DNA of 64,000 bases from Nitrososphaerales archaeon (GTDB taxonomy: Archaea; Thermoproteota; Nitrososphaeria; Nitrososphaerales; UBA57): positions 27,498 through 91,497 of the forward strand of contig JAKZTE010000001.1 of assembly GCA_047517285.1 (NCBI GenBank). Reading direction: 5' to 3'. Below, in pieces: positions 37,899 through 48,051 of this stretch. Each line of letters begins with the position of its first letter. Positions within the stretch are counted from its first letter, which is position 1. The notes under the pieces are model-generated. The model saw nothing but the letters and a program-made list of their open reading frames with translations. It had not been told where the DNA came from and searched no databases. A program made the translations under genes and the position numbers.

Positions 37899-38174
37899 AT
37901 GATGACGGAAAAAGATAATGAAAATCAAGAGCTTCTGAATAAGGCCACTGTTATTCTCTTATCCGTATCAGATAATCCAAGTACTCCACGAAATATACGT
38001 AAATTGATTAAAGATTCAATTGACACCCTTAAAGATGAGTCACTTAGTGTAGGTGTTCGAGCTGCAAATGCCATTAGTATGCTTGAAGATGTCTCTCAAG
38101 ACCCCAATATTCCATCATTTTCTCGTGTAACTATTTGGAGTGCTGTTAGTAGCTTAGAAAGTATAAGAGACTAA
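37899..38174 (+). CDS. UPF0147 family protein (conserved archaeal, unknown function)
   Basis: D...PRNIR......I..L........VRAANAIS.LE....DPN.P...R..IW is the pattern I recall for UPF0147. Confidence 0.6.
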   Translation: MMTEKDNENQELLNKATVILLSVSDNPSTPRNIRKLIKDSIDTLKDESLSVGVRAANAISMLEDVSQDPNIPSFSRVTIWSAVSSLESIRD

Positions 38175-38221
38175 CATAAAAAAATAAGAGTTTATTAGTC
38201 TTAACTTTTCAAATAATCATA

Positions 38222-40303
38222 ATGAGTCAAATAACTAAGTTAAACCTTGATGATTTTATTCAAGGTCAATTTAAGAATAACACTGAAATGGTAGTTCGTC
38301 TTAATGATGGATCTATTATATTTGTAGACGAACAAGCCCTTGACAAAAACAAAATGAGTGACGAGGGTTGCCCCGTTAAAACCTTTGGAGTTAGGTATCG
38401 CGTTATGAGTGATGATATGAAAACTGTTACTGCTAAATACCTTATTCCTAATGAAGTTCTAAGTCTTGCTAAAACAAGAGGAAAAGAATTTGCTGGTATA
38501 AAACTTCCTGTGGGTATTCTAACAAATGATCAAACTCCAAAGTTTGGCGTTTGGCTAAAAATTTATCCAAACTTCCAACAAATCGGAACAAACGATCGTG
38601 GTGAAATAGTATTACGTGATCGAAAAGATTTCCAACCCATGACTGGTGCAGTAATTAATTCAAATAACACCATTATAATGGGCCGAGCAGAACGTCTTGT
38701 TACACGTCTATCTAAAGAAGATAGTTCTCTAGATTGTACCGAAGCAGATGCTTGGTTGAAGGCATTTGAAATTCTTGACGATACAGCTACCCTAACTCGC
38801 GACTATCTATGCGCTGGTATTAAATACCGCCATGAAGGAAATGCACCTTATCTAAATATAACTACTGAAGTTAATTTCTTTGATATCCAAGACAAAGAAA
38901 TGCTTGATCTCAGGAGCACTATCCAATCTAGATTTGATAAAATCAATCGAACTATTCCTAATGTTAAGATTAGATCAGTTATCAATCTTCCAAAAACCGA
39001 AGAGGATTTCAAATCAATACTTTCTAAACTACAAGAAAAAGGCTCTTCCGCAAAAGAACTAGGTTTGCCTGAATCTTATTCTGATTCACGATTCTACGAT
39101 CCAAAGAATAATACAATTGCATCATCAAACTTTGTACTATTCGTACCATTGGCAGACTTACCTGACGAGATTACAATCACAACAATTAATACTGATTATC
39201 ATGGTGAAGTAAAGTCTCGTGGTGTATTATCCCCATTGATGGCAATATTATCTCTTGTAAACGTTATTTCTGCACATGCAGGATCAGGTGTTTTAAGCCA
39301 AAATGGAACTGCTACTACATTTACAGGTCCTACAGGCACTGGTAAAACCACTGCAACGTCATTCTTTGCTGAAAAGAATGAAAAGTTTCGAAGACAAGAA
39401 TTACGTCGCAGATACGAAATCATTCTTAAAAAACAACATTCTGACCTTTCTGATAGCGACTTCCAAGTAAAAGTTGACGAAGTAGTTGCAGGAGTTGGTA
39501 TCTTATGCCAAGAAGACTGGATTGAAATTGCAGAAGGAGATGATGGTAAATGGTCATTCTGGCCAACTGAAAAATCTATGTATGCACGAACTGGAGGTTT
39601 CCCAGGATTAGATTTCATTCTAATTGAAAATGAACCTATGCTCGAAAATGCATTAGCAGACTTCGGTGCATCCGGCTGTAAAAAATACCTTGGTAAAGTC
39701 ACACACGAATTCTTCCCTGAAAGAATTTTCTATGAACCAAGTTGGGGTCATTTACTGTATGATCGATCTTCAAGACCAATCTCTGCACATGTATTTCTTG
39801 AAAGAAATGCTGACTTAGATTTCTTTGCAAAACGAGTTAGTGCAAAAGAAGCTGTTGAATACTTACTTGTAGGAAGAACTCCATCAGGTAAATATGAACC
39901 TATGTACAATGCATATCCTGACTTCAGTGGTTTCCTTATGGAACATGGAATAATCGGCCCTAAACTTGTTGAAGCATACGCTAAAGCAAAAGCAGGAGAT
40001 TATTCTGTAATTGGCGCTGGTGATGCATCTACTGGCAAAGCAGTATTTGAAAAGCTAGATATTCAATTACGACTTTGGGAAAAGAGCTGTGAAGTCACGC
40101 CTCCATTCATCGTCAATGGAGCACCTGGACTCTTTATCACACAGGACGTTAATTGGTTGCTCTCCGAGATGCCAGATATATTCGACAATTGGAAACACGT
40201 TACCTTGGATGACTACAAAGCCTTCATGGAAAAGGAATTCGGCGTAACTTACGGTCCAAAAGGCGAATGGACTCATTTGAAAAAATTCAATATTGAATAT
40301 TAG
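38222..40303 (+). CDS. highly divergent ATP-type PEP carboxykinase-like P-loop protein (693 aa)
   Basis: NTDYHGEVKSRG...ISAHAGSG...TFTGPTGTGKTT parallels the ATP-PEPCK core GTDYAGEMKKG...SMHCSAN...FFGLSGTGKTT. Downstream, LCQEDW...DDGKWSFWPTEKSMYART parallels LIGDDEHGW...DDGVFNFEGGCYAKT. It has large extra segments. Confidence 0.5.
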   Translation: MSQITKLNLDDFIQGQFKNNTEMVVRLNDGSIIFVDEQALDKNKMSDEGCPVKTFGVRYRVMSDDMKTVTAKYLIPNEVLSLAKTRGKEFAGIKLPVGILTNDQTPKFGVWLKIYPNFQQIGTNDRGEIVLRDRKDFQPMTGAVINSNNTIIMGRAERLVTRLSKEDSSLDCTEADAWLKAFEILDDTATLTRDYLCAGIKYRHEGNAPYLNITTEVNFFDIQDKEMLDLRSTIQSRFDKINRTIPNVKIRSVINLPKTEEDFKSILSKLQEKGSSAKELGLPESYSDSRFYDPKNNTIASSNFVLFVPLADLPDEITITTINTDYHGEVKSRGVLSPLMAILSLVNVISAHAGSGVLSQNGTATTFTGPTGTGKTTATSFFAEKNEKFRRQELRRRYEIILKKQHSDLSDSDFQVKVDEVVAGVGILCQEDWIEIAEGDDGKWSFWPTEKSMYARTGGFPGLDFILIENEPMLENALADFGASGCKKYLGKVTHEFFPERIFYEPSWGHLLYDRSSRPISAHVFLERNADLDFFAKRVSAKEAVEYLLVGRTPSGKYEPMYNAYPDFSGFLMEHGIIGPKLVEAYAKAKAGDYSVIGAGDASTGKAVFEKLDIQLRLWEKSCEVTPPFIVNGAPGLFITQDVNWLLSEMPDIFDNWKHVTLDDYKAFMEKEFGVTYGPKGEWTHLKKFNIEY

Positions 40304-40310
40304 GAAAGAT

Positions 40311-41321
40311 CTATTTCTTTCCTAAAGCATTCAATCTCTTCGTGATATTTGGATGTGTACTCAAAAGTTCAAGGAGATGCTCCTTGAACGAAATTTCTTT
40401 TTTTGCATATTTCTCTACCAGTTCTCTATCGGATAATTTAATTTTAGATTTTTGAAGAGATACGATGTTTTTATGCGAAGAATCTGGATTACTTATCATT
40501 AATGTATTAAATCCAGAAATTTTCATATCTTTGTGTTTTTTTAACCTTAATTCTTCCTGACTTTCAACAATTTTTACCAAGCCTTCTTGTAATTTTCTTC
40601 CGCCTTCCTTTACATGTTGTCTTGCAAACATATCTGCATAATCTTCTCTTCTACGACCTAAAGACTTGCACACTAAACCTAAAATAAACGCTCCAATAAT
40701 TGCCGCAAATGCTATTGCAAGCGTTCCTCCACTGTTTCTTCTGTTGAACATTGAACTCCAAATCAAGCTATGTCCAAGAGTTGTAAGTATAGCTGGTAAA
40801 AATGTCGCTACCATCATAACGTCAACGTCTCTATTTTTTATATGGCCTAATTCATGTCCTATTATTGCTTCTATTTCTTCAAGTTCAATAGGATGACTCT
40901 TCATGCCCGATATTAATCCTTGTGTTATGGCTATTCTTTTTCCATATTTTGGTGAACCATATGCAAATGCATTTGGTACTTTAATATCTGAATACATGAT
41001 TTTTGGAACTGGCATATTTGCACTCTTGCAAATTCTTTCTACTGTCTCGTAAATCCATTGTCCACTAACACTCTTTATTTCAGGATTATCACAGGATATA
41101 GTATCTGTTTTTTTTAATTCTCTAACTTTGTACTGCTTTTCTACAAATTTTGGTCCATAGATCCACTGAATAAAATGAAAAATACCTACCAAAACAATTA
41201 TGAACCATATATTATACGTTCCTCCTAACATCAATAGAATTATTGAAAAAATTAATGTTGATAACCCAATTAATAATCCCATCGTACCTAAAATCGTTAA
41301 TTGTAATTTCAATAGTCTCAT
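40311..41321 (-). CDS. htpX: M48 family zinc metalloprotease (HtpX-like), membrane bound
   Basis: N-terminal TM helices and the HELGHIKNRD (HExxH) motif, with further TM segments after the motif. Confidence 0.8.
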   Translation of the reverse strand: MRLLKLQLTILGTMGLLIGLSTLIFSIILLMLGGTYNIWFIIVLVGIFHFIQWIYGPKFVEKQYKVRELKKTDTISCDNPEIKSVSGQWIYETVERICKSANMPVPKIMYSDIKVPNAFAYGSPKYGKRIAITQGLISGMKSHPIELEEIEAIIGHELGHIKNRDVDVMMVATFLPAILTTLGHSLIWSSMFNRRNSGGTLAIAFAAIIGAFILGLVCKSLGRRREDYADMFARQHVKEGGRKLQEGLVKIVESQEELRLKKHKDMKISGFNTLMISNPDSSHKNIVSLQKSKIKLSDRELVEKYAKKEISFKEHLLELLSTHPNITKRLNALGKK

Positions 41322-41351
41322 ACTAATTACTCATCTTGTTCTAAATTATAT

Positions 41352-42227
41352 CTATTCCTTGAATCCGTAATACCTTGCTACAAATGAACCTAGTATCATT
41401 AATGATATCGAGAATCCTGCAAGTACTTGAAAATCAAAAATTACATTGCTGGTTATCTCTCCAGTAATGAATAAAGTTCTAGTTAGATCTGCTGAATATG
41501 TTATAGGGTTTACTCTAGCAATTGTTTGTAGCCAGTCTGGCATAAATGAGATTGGGAACAATGCCCCACTTGCAAATAATAAAGGAAGGTTAACTAGGTT
41601 CGCGACTGCAATTAATGTCTCCCATTTTCTCATTCTCAAGGCCATTGCTGTAAATAAGCATGCAAATCCTGTCGCTAACATAAATAATGAAACAAACACA
41701 ACTACAATAATTGTAATATTGAGTTTAGCAAGTACTAATCCTCCAGGAATCAATGATGCTATGATGAATACAAGCGAACATTGAATTAACGCTTTGATAA
41801 CTGTTGAAAAAACCTTTGCATAGTATATTGAACTTCTTGGTATCGGTGCAACTAGTAGCTTATCCAGAAAACCAAATCTTCTATCCCATATTACTGAACT
41901 TCCACTAAATGCCGAAGAGAATAATATTAATGTCGATAGAACTCCACCTGTTAAATATGTTAAATAATTAGGCGCACCCTGAAATGTTTGCTCAAGAATC
42001 AAATTACTTGAATTGGCAAAAAACTCTTTTATCCCCATGACAACTTCAGGAGGCATATTCTCTGAAAATGTTAGGTTTTCAAATGAAATTATCTTTGTTG
42101 GATTAAATGAATTTCCAAACAAAGCTATCCAAACCACTGGTTGAATTAATGCCGAAAAAATCAACGCCGGTACTTTATACCATTTTTCTAATTCACGTTT
42201 TACTAGTACCCATGTCTCAATAATCAT
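41352..42227 (-). CDS. ABC-2 type transporter permease
   Basis: Six TM helices in the ABC-2 pattern. The gene directly abuts the upstream ATPase gene. Confidence 0.75.
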   Translation of the reverse strand: MIIETWVLVKRELEKWYKVPALIFSALIQPVVWIALFGNSFNPTKIISFENLTFSENMPPEVVMGIKEFFANSSNLILEQTFQGAPNYLTYLTGGVLSTLILFSSAFSGSSVIWDRRFGFLDKLLVAPIPRSSIYYAKVFSTVIKALIQCSLVFIIASLIPGGLVLAKLNITIIVVVFVSLFMLATGFACLFTAMALRMRKWETLIAVANLVNLPLLFASGALFPISFMPDWLQTIARVNPITYSADLTRTLFITGEITSNVIFDFQVLAGFSISLMILGSFVARYYGFKE

Positions 42228-43217
42228 TTATCTCGCCTTCCATAGTCTCTGCATTGCAGCCTTATCGCTAAAACCTGTCCCTGTATCTCGTAATGATCTT
42301 CCTGTATATTCTAGAAATACTTCATCTAACGATGGCTTAGAGAGTGCCACAGTCTTTACATTAATCTTGTTTGCTTTGCAAATTTCTAGTATTAACGGCA
42401 ATACTTCATCCCCTTTATTCGTCTTAATTCGAAGTTTCTGTCCAACCGTGTCAATCTTTTCTACAGAATTTAATTCAGATATTAATTCCTTAGCTTTCAC
42501 ATTGTCGTCTACTGATATTTCTATCATATCTCCACCTAATTTCTGTTTCAGATTTGATGGTGTGTCTTCTACTAAGATCTTACCCTGGTCAATAATTGCT
42601 ATCCTATCACACAGTAAATCAGCTTCTTCCAAATAATGTGTTGTAATAAAAATTGTCAAACCATTTTCCTTATTCAATTTCTTAAGATAGTCCCAAATTA
42701 CTGAACGTGTTTGAATATCTAGACCTAAAGTTGGTTCATCTAGAAATAATACTTTTGGATTATGTATTAATCCGATAATTAATTCCAATCTCTTTCTCAT
42801 TCCACCTGAGTAAGTTGATACGTCTCGTTCAGCAGCATCTTTCAGACCTACCAATTTTAATAACTCATCTGCTCGTTCTTTTGCAATTTTATCAGGAACA
42901 CGATATAATTTTGCAGATAATAGTAAATTCGTCATTCCTTTTAGATCATCGTCTAATGTTAATGCTTGCGGTACAATTCCTATGGACCTTCTTACAGAAT
43001 CAGGTTTTTTTCTAACATCAAACGTAGCTATATTTACTTGACCATTAGTAGGCTGCAATAAAGTTGTCAAAACTTTAATTGTTGTGGTCTTTCCTGCACC
43101 ATTTGGCCCTAAAAAACCAAAAATCTCGCCTTCCTTTACATGAAATGATATGTTATCTACTGCAACTATCTCTTTATCAAAAACTTTACTCAAATTCTCT
43201 ACTTGTACTATCTCCAT
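42228..43217 (-). CDS. ABC transporter ATP-binding protein (DrrA/CcmA-like exporter ATPase)
   Basis: Walker A GPNGAGKTT, signature YSGGMRKRL, Walker B LFLDEPT and an extended C-terminal domain. Confidence 0.88.
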   Translation of the reverse strand: MEIVQVENLSKVFDKEIVAVDNISFHVKEGEIFGFLGPNGAGKTTTIKVLTTLLQPTNGQVNIATFDVRKKPDSVRRSIGIVPQALTLDDDLKGMTNLLLSAKLYRVPDKIAKERADELLKLVGLKDAAERDVSTYSGGMRKRLELIIGLIHNPKVLFLDEPTLGLDIQTRSVIWDYLKKLNKENGLTIFITTHYLEEADLLCDRIAIIDQGKILVEDTPSNLKQKLGGDMIEISVDDNVKAKELISELNSVEKIDTVGQKLRIKTNKGDEVLPLILEICKANKINVKTVALSKPSLDEVFLEYTGRSLRDTGTGFSDKAAMQRLWKAR

Positions 43218-43271
43218 ATCATATCTCTGATGTTAGATTAATAAATAATCTTTCTGTCGGATAATATACTA

Positions 43272-44399
43272 ATGCATAGCGAATTTATAATTCTTGGCGC
43301 AGGAATTTCAGGTATAAGTACTTCGTACTTTCTTGAAAAATCAGGTTTTAGTTCTATTGTTTTGGATATTAGTAATCCATTATCTGGCTCTGGTTCAACA
43401 ATGAAATCCGCAGGTATTATATCTCATTTCTTCCCTTTCAAAGAAGAAATTAAAGCAGTTTCTAATAGTCTAAAATTTTATGACGAAATAATTAATGACT
43501 CATCGGAAAATATCTCTTATAACAATTCTGGCCTACTTGCTTTTTGCCACAATTCTGATAAAGAAACTCTGTCTCAATTCTTAGATGTTATGAAATCTTC
43601 AAATGCGGATTACTCATTATTTGACTCAAAGGAACTCAGCGATATCTATCCAATGCTCTCTATGCCTTCTGATGAAATTGCTGTTCTCTCTAAGAACAGT
43701 GGTTATTATAATATTGATCACTTATTTCCTATTATTCTCAAACAATTAAAGTCCAAAAATATTAATTTCTTTAATAATATTGAAATTAAAACTATTAAAC
43801 GCCAGAACTATTTCACATTTCATACCAATCATGGTATATTCACATCTGATAAAGTAATAATTACTGGTGGAGCCTGGTCTAATAAAATTGCAAATATGTT
43901 TAATTGTACTATTAACTTTGATACATATTCTACTCAAGCAGCTATTTTCTCAATTCCTCAAGCATCTGATAACAATCTCTCATCGTTACCAATTCTGTAT
44001 AAAATGAGTAATGGCGTTTATGGTAGACCTGTTTCCTCTTCGTCATTCTTATTTGGCGATGGTTCTACAAAATATTCTGGCGATCCTGATAACTTTAAAT
44101 TTGAAAACGATAAAAATTTTCTTGAATATATACTCCAGCAAGCAAATACCTTTTTCCCTGATCAAAAAATAGGCCCTATTCAAAAAAACTGGTCTGGATT
44201 ATATACCTCTAGTGAAGATTCAAGACCATTAATTGGTAAATTGGACGACGATCTATTCTTTTTAGGATGTTTTAACGGACTTGGAATAATGCTTGCTCCA
44301 GGCTGCTCCAAATTATTAGTAGATCATATTACCAAAAACATAATCAACGATGATTTTTCTTCTTTCAATATTCAACGTTTTAACAATAATAATATATGA
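43272..44399 (+). CDS. FAD-dependent oxidoreductase (DAO family)
   Basis: N-terminal dinucleotide fold FIILGAGISGISTSYFL, with size and C-terminal pattern typical of glycine/D-amino-acid/sarcosine oxidase-like enzymes. Confidence 0.7.
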   Translation: MHSEFIILGAGISGISTSYFLEKSGFSSIVLDISNPLSGSGSTMKSAGIISHFFPFKEEIKAVSNSLKFYDEIINDSSENISYNNSGLLAFCHNSDKETLSQFLDVMKSSNADYSLFDSKELSDIYPMLSMPSDEIAVLSKNSGYYNIDHLFPIILKQLKSKNINFFNNIEIKTIKRQNYFTFHTNHGIFTSDKVIITGGAWSNKIANMFNCTINFDTYSTQAAIFSIPQASDNNLSSLPILYKMSNGVYGRPVSSSSFLFGDGSTKYSGDPDNFKFENDKNFLEYILQQANTFFPDQKIGPIQKNWSGLYTSSEDSRPLIGKLDDDLFFLGCFNGLGIMLAPGCSKLLVDHITKNIINDDFSSFNIQRFNNNNI

Positions 44400-44420
44400 G
44401 CAATTGTATACAATATTATA

Positions 44421-44876
44421 ATGATAAAAATTGTTCAAGATCTTTATGTTACTGAATTAACAATCTCAAATGTTTCCAATGCTCCATTCATCATTGACGC
44501 AGTGGGTAGTTATCCGAATAAATTAATTGTAAATGACGAGATTCTCCAATCCTGGAGTATTGAACCTGACCGCACGCTTATAGGAAAAAATCTAATTATC
44601 ACTCTTGAACCATTAGAAAAGTCGGAAGACGATGTCAATTCTCTACAAATCAATCATCTTGAAAAAGTGACTAGAAGACGTTATAGATATTTATCTGAAC
44701 CATCATTTCTTGAAGAACTCGAATTCATTCTATCTTGCATTTCGCCTAGGGTGAAATCTGAGCCAAATCCATGCCCAAACTATCAAATTAAATTATCAAT
44801 CAAAGAATCTGACTATCTCGAATTATATGAATTGTCTGCAGCTACTTTACTAAAAATCAGTTGCCAGATTAAGTAA
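44421..44876 (+). CDS. hypothetical protein
   Basis: Open frame of 151 aa with no motif I recognise. Confidence 0.35.
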   Translation: MIKIVQDLYVTELTISNVSNAPFIIDAVGSYPNKLIVNDEILQSWSIEPDRTLIGKNLIITLEPLEKSEDDVNSLQINHLEKVTRRRYRYLSEPSFLEELEFILSCISPRVKSEPNPCPNYQIKLSIKESDYLELYELSAATLLKISCQIK

Positions 44877-45621
44877 TATATCCGCTTACTTTCTTCTCAG
44901 AATCCTCAATAATTTTAGATTCCAAGCTAGTTTGTAGTTTTTTCAATCGTTTCTCTTCACTTGACAAAGCACGCAGATTAGGTTTAATTCCTGTTATTAC
45001 TGTTAAAACTTTAATCAATTCTTTTGCAGCACTAATATCTGGAAACTCTCCTTTTGTTTCAGCATATATTCCAAAACCCTTCATCTTACTATCCTTCGCC
45101 AAAGATACTAAAATTCCATTCATTCCTATTATATTACTTTCTTTCATATTTTCTATTCCAAATTCTTGTAAATCCTTTAATAATGATTCCGAAATAGCTG
45201 CACCATAAATTTTTGGTGGTATGGATAAATCGTTTGTAATTAAACCACCTATGGCATATACTGTTTTACAACCTAAGCCTTTTACGAACTTTAATAAATC
45301 TCTTGAAACATTATATTGACCTTCAGGTGTTTCAGATTGAGCATCTCCCGTAAAAATTAACAAATCGTTTTTACCTTTCTTATAATAGAATTCAAATTTC
45401 AATGGCTCAATAGTTCCATCTTCATTTACAATTGTTTGTGCAGGTAAATGAGAAGAATACATGTCCGCAAATTTTTCTGCCTTTATTCCTTTTGCAAAAT
45501 GGTAGCTCGCAATTTTACCCACAAATCCCGAATCAGGTAATCCACAAATCAATATTGGATTCTTTAGTTTTATCTTCGTTCTTTTTACTATCTCAACATC
45601 CTTCATATCATAGTCTATCAT
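44869..45621 (-). CDS. PAC2 (proteasome assembly chaperone 2-like) family protein
   Basis: N-terminal ILICGLPDSGFVGKIASYHF and the overall pattern match archaeal PAC2/COG1938 proteins. Confidence 0.6.
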   Translation of the reverse strand: MIDYDMKDVEIVKRTKIKLKNPILICGLPDSGFVGKIASYHFAKGIKAEKFADMYSSHLPAQTIVNEDGTIEPLKFEFYYKKGKNDLLIFTGDAQSETPEGQYNVSRDLLKFVKGLGCKTVYAIGGLITNDLSIPPKIYGAAISESLLKDLQEFGIENMKESNIIGMNGILVSLAKDSKMKGFGIYAETKGEFPDISAAKELIKVLTVITGIKPNLRALSSEEKRLKKLQTSLESKIIEDSEKKVSGYIT

Positions 45622-45701
45622 AAAGAAATAAAAAAACCTGTCTCATCTCATCCTAAAATTACCCATATTTACTTATCTATAACTATATTGAAGTAGAAGT
45701 A

Positions 45702-46925
45702 ATGGTAGATTTTAATATCGATTTATCAATAAAAGATGTAAAAAAAGCACAAGCTGCACTCTCTACTGTTGTCAAGGAAACTCCATTGGATTATTCTAAC
45801 ACACTATCACAACTCACTGATTCTCAAGTATATCTTAAACTCGAAAACCTTCAAAAGACCGGTTCCTTCAAGGTTCGAGGAGCATATTGGAAAATGCTTA
45901 ATGTTGATCGATCTGTTGCCAAAAGTGTTGTAGCTGCTTCTGCAGGTAACCACGCACAAGGAACTGCATATGCTGCGTCTCATCTTGATATTCCTTGTAC
46001 TATTGTTATGCCCGAGAATGCATCTACTACTAAAGTTGCAGCTACATCTGGTTATGGCGCTTCAATTCTTTTATCAGGTTCCAATTATGACGAATCTTAT
46101 TCTGCAGCGGAAGACTTTGCAAAGAAACATTCTGCCACTATGATTCATCCTTTTGATGATCCTTTTGTCATCGCTGGTCAAGGAACAGTTGGCTTAGAAA
46201 TTGTTGAGTCTTTCAAAGACGTTGACATAATAATTGCTGCCGTAGGAGGCGGAGGTTTAATTAGCGGTTTATGCGTTGCACTAAAAGAGAAATACCCTCA
46301 AATAAAAATTATTGGTGTTCAAGCTTCCAACTCAGCTTCTATGGTGGAATCAAAGAAAAATCGTAAACTTACTACTATTCAATCTCATTTTACTATTGCT
46401 GATGGAATTGATGTAAAAACTCCAGGCAAACTCACTTTTGATATTGTTAAAAAGCACGTTGATAAATTGATTACTGTTAGCGACGTTGAAATTGCCGAAG
46501 CTATGTTCCTCTTACTGGAACGTGGTCGAATAGTTTCTGAACCAGCTGGAGCTGCACCTGTCGCAGGTTTATTATCGGGTCAATTATCTGTAAAAGGAAA
46601 AAATGTCGTTCCTATTATCTGCGGAGGTAATGTGGATATGTCTCTAATGAATAAGCTGGTTACCCGTGGTTTAATCAGCGCTGGTAGAATTGTTCGTATG
46701 ATAGTAGGTTTGACTGATAAGCCTGGTGCACTCAAAGACGTCCTTGATGTTATTGGATCCAGAAATGCAAATATTCTAGACGTTCAAGTAGATAGATTTT
46801 ATAAAAAAATTGGTTTAGGTCCTGTTGAAGTTCTCATTAGCATGGAAACAAAAAGTAAGGAACATACAAAAGAAATGCTCAAGACTCTTAAACAACAAGG
46901 ATTTACATACAGATTAATAGAATAA
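45702..46925 (+). CDS. ilvA: threonine ammonia-lyase (threonine dehydratase) with C-terminal ACT-like domain
   Basis: PLP-Lys motif GSFKVRGA, AASAGNHAQG and GGGGLISG, plus a regulatory C-terminal domain. Confidence 0.88.
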   Translation: MVDFNIDLSIKDVKKAQAALSTVVKETPLDYSNTLSQLTDSQVYLKLENLQKTGSFKVRGAYWKMLNVDRSVAKSVVAASAGNHAQGTAYAASHLDIPCTIVMPENASTTKVAATSGYGASILLSGSNYDESYSAAEDFAKKHSATMIHPFDDPFVIAGQGTVGLEIVESFKDVDIIIAAVGGGGLISGLCVALKEKYPQIKIIGVQASNSASMVESKKNRKLTTIQSHFTIADGIDVKTPGKLTFDIVKKHVDKLITVSDVEIAEAMFLLLERGRIVSEPAGAAPVAGLLSGQLSVKGKNVVPIICGGNVDMSLMNKLVTRGLISAGRIVRMIVGLTDKPGALKDVLDVIGSRNANILDVQVDRFYKKIGLGPVEVLISMETKSKEHTKEMLKTLKQQGFTYRLIE

Positions 46926-46926
46926 T

Positions 46927-48051
46927 CTATACTTCAATTAATTCTCGTGAAACTTTTGTTAATATTTCAGGTCCATTCTTTCTTACAATAATATCGTCTT
47001 CTATTCTTACACCACCAATTTTTGGTAAATATACTCCGGGTTCTATTGTAAATGCCATTCCTTCTTCTAGAATCACTGGTGATTTTCTACTTATCGATGC
47101 ACCATCATGAACATTCAGTCCAATACTATGACCTGTTGAATGAATAAATCTTCCATTATATTTTGTAGAGTTGATGTAATCTTCCACTGCATTATGAACA
47201 TCACTTGCCTTAACGCCTGATTTAACTTTCTTTAATCCTATTTCACTTGCATTCAGTACTGTTTCATACATGTCTCTAATCCTATTATCTATCCTACCAA
47301 AAAATACAGTTCTTGTTATATCGGAACAGTACCTGTTGTAACGTGCACCATAATCACAAAGCACCAGTTTATTCTTCTTTAATTTAAAATTCTGTGGTGC
47401 ATAATGTGGTTCTGCTGTATGTTTGCCAAATGCTACAATGGTCTGAAACGATGGACCTGCTGCACCTTGTTTCTCTAAATCATGATTTATTATCGAAGAC
47501 AACTGATTCTCAGTCATATTCTCTTTTAATGAATCCACAATTGTCTGAAATGTATTACTTGCGATTTTTGCACTTTTTCTTAATTCTCTTATTTCTATCT
47601 CATCTTTTATGCACCGAGCTTCTCCGATTGGCTTGCTCACATTCACTTCTTGTTTTATATTTTTCAAAAGCATTCGTATCCAACGATAATTTGCATAAGA
47701 AATCTCATTATAATTCATTCCTAAAGATTTTACTTTTGATAATTTCTTCTTTAAAAGTTCCTTGTATTCAAGTTCAGTTCCAAACGCATTAATTTCAATA
47801 TGCGGTGTATTTAATGCACTTTGTTCCTCTAATTTGGAAGTTAATAGACATACCTTTCCTGTTGGATATGCAATTATTGAACATCCTTCAAATAATCCTG
47901 ATCTGATTCCTGTTAAATAAAAAAATGTTGAATCTAGTTGCCCTTCTATGCCATTTTTAATCAATATTGCATCAGGTTCAACTTTCAATGATTTTGTAAA
48001 CGAGAAAATCTTTTTCACTCGCGCTTTGATGATATTGTTCATATTAATCAA
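46927..48051 (-). CDS. M24 family Xaa-Pro aminopeptidase/dipeptidase
   Basis: Pita-bread fold metal ligands are present: DYGARYNRYCSDITRT, HSTGHSIGLNVHD, EPGVY and RIEDD. Confidence 0.88.
   Translation of the reverse strand: MINMNNIIKARVKKIFSFTKSLKVEPDAILIKNGIEGQLDSTFFYLTGIRSGLFEGCSIIAYPTGKVCLLTSKLEEQSALNTPHIEINAFGTELEYKELLKKKLSKVKSLGMNYNEISYANYRWIRMLLKNIKQEVNVSKPIGEARCIKDEIEIRELRKSAKIASNTFQTIVDSLKENMTENQLSSIINHDLEKQGAAGPSFQTIVAFGKHTAEPHYAPQNFKLKKNKLVLCDYGARYNRYCSDITRTVFFGRIDNRIRDMYETVLNASEIGLKKVKSGVKASDVHNAVEDYINSTKYNGRFIHSTGHSIGLNVHDGASISRKSPVILEEGMAFTIEPGVYLPKIGGVRIEDDIIVRKNGPEILTKVSRELIEV

Noticed and set aside
37725-37928. A 67-aa minus-strand ORF.
   Set aside because: It overlaps the complete tRNA-Ile gene and the start of the UPF0147 gene, so it is spurious.
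39199-39702. A 167-aa minus-strand ORF inside the PEPCK-like gene.
   Set aside because: It is antisense to the region carrying the P-loop and PEPCK-like motifs, and its Ser/Pro-rich composition shows no motif.
42228-43217. Whether this ABC ATPase (or the one at 49239..49958) could be the missing SufC.
   Set aside because: Both are immediately followed by ABC-2 permease genes and have exporter-type features (DrrA/NatA-like). Neither is adjacent to sufBD.
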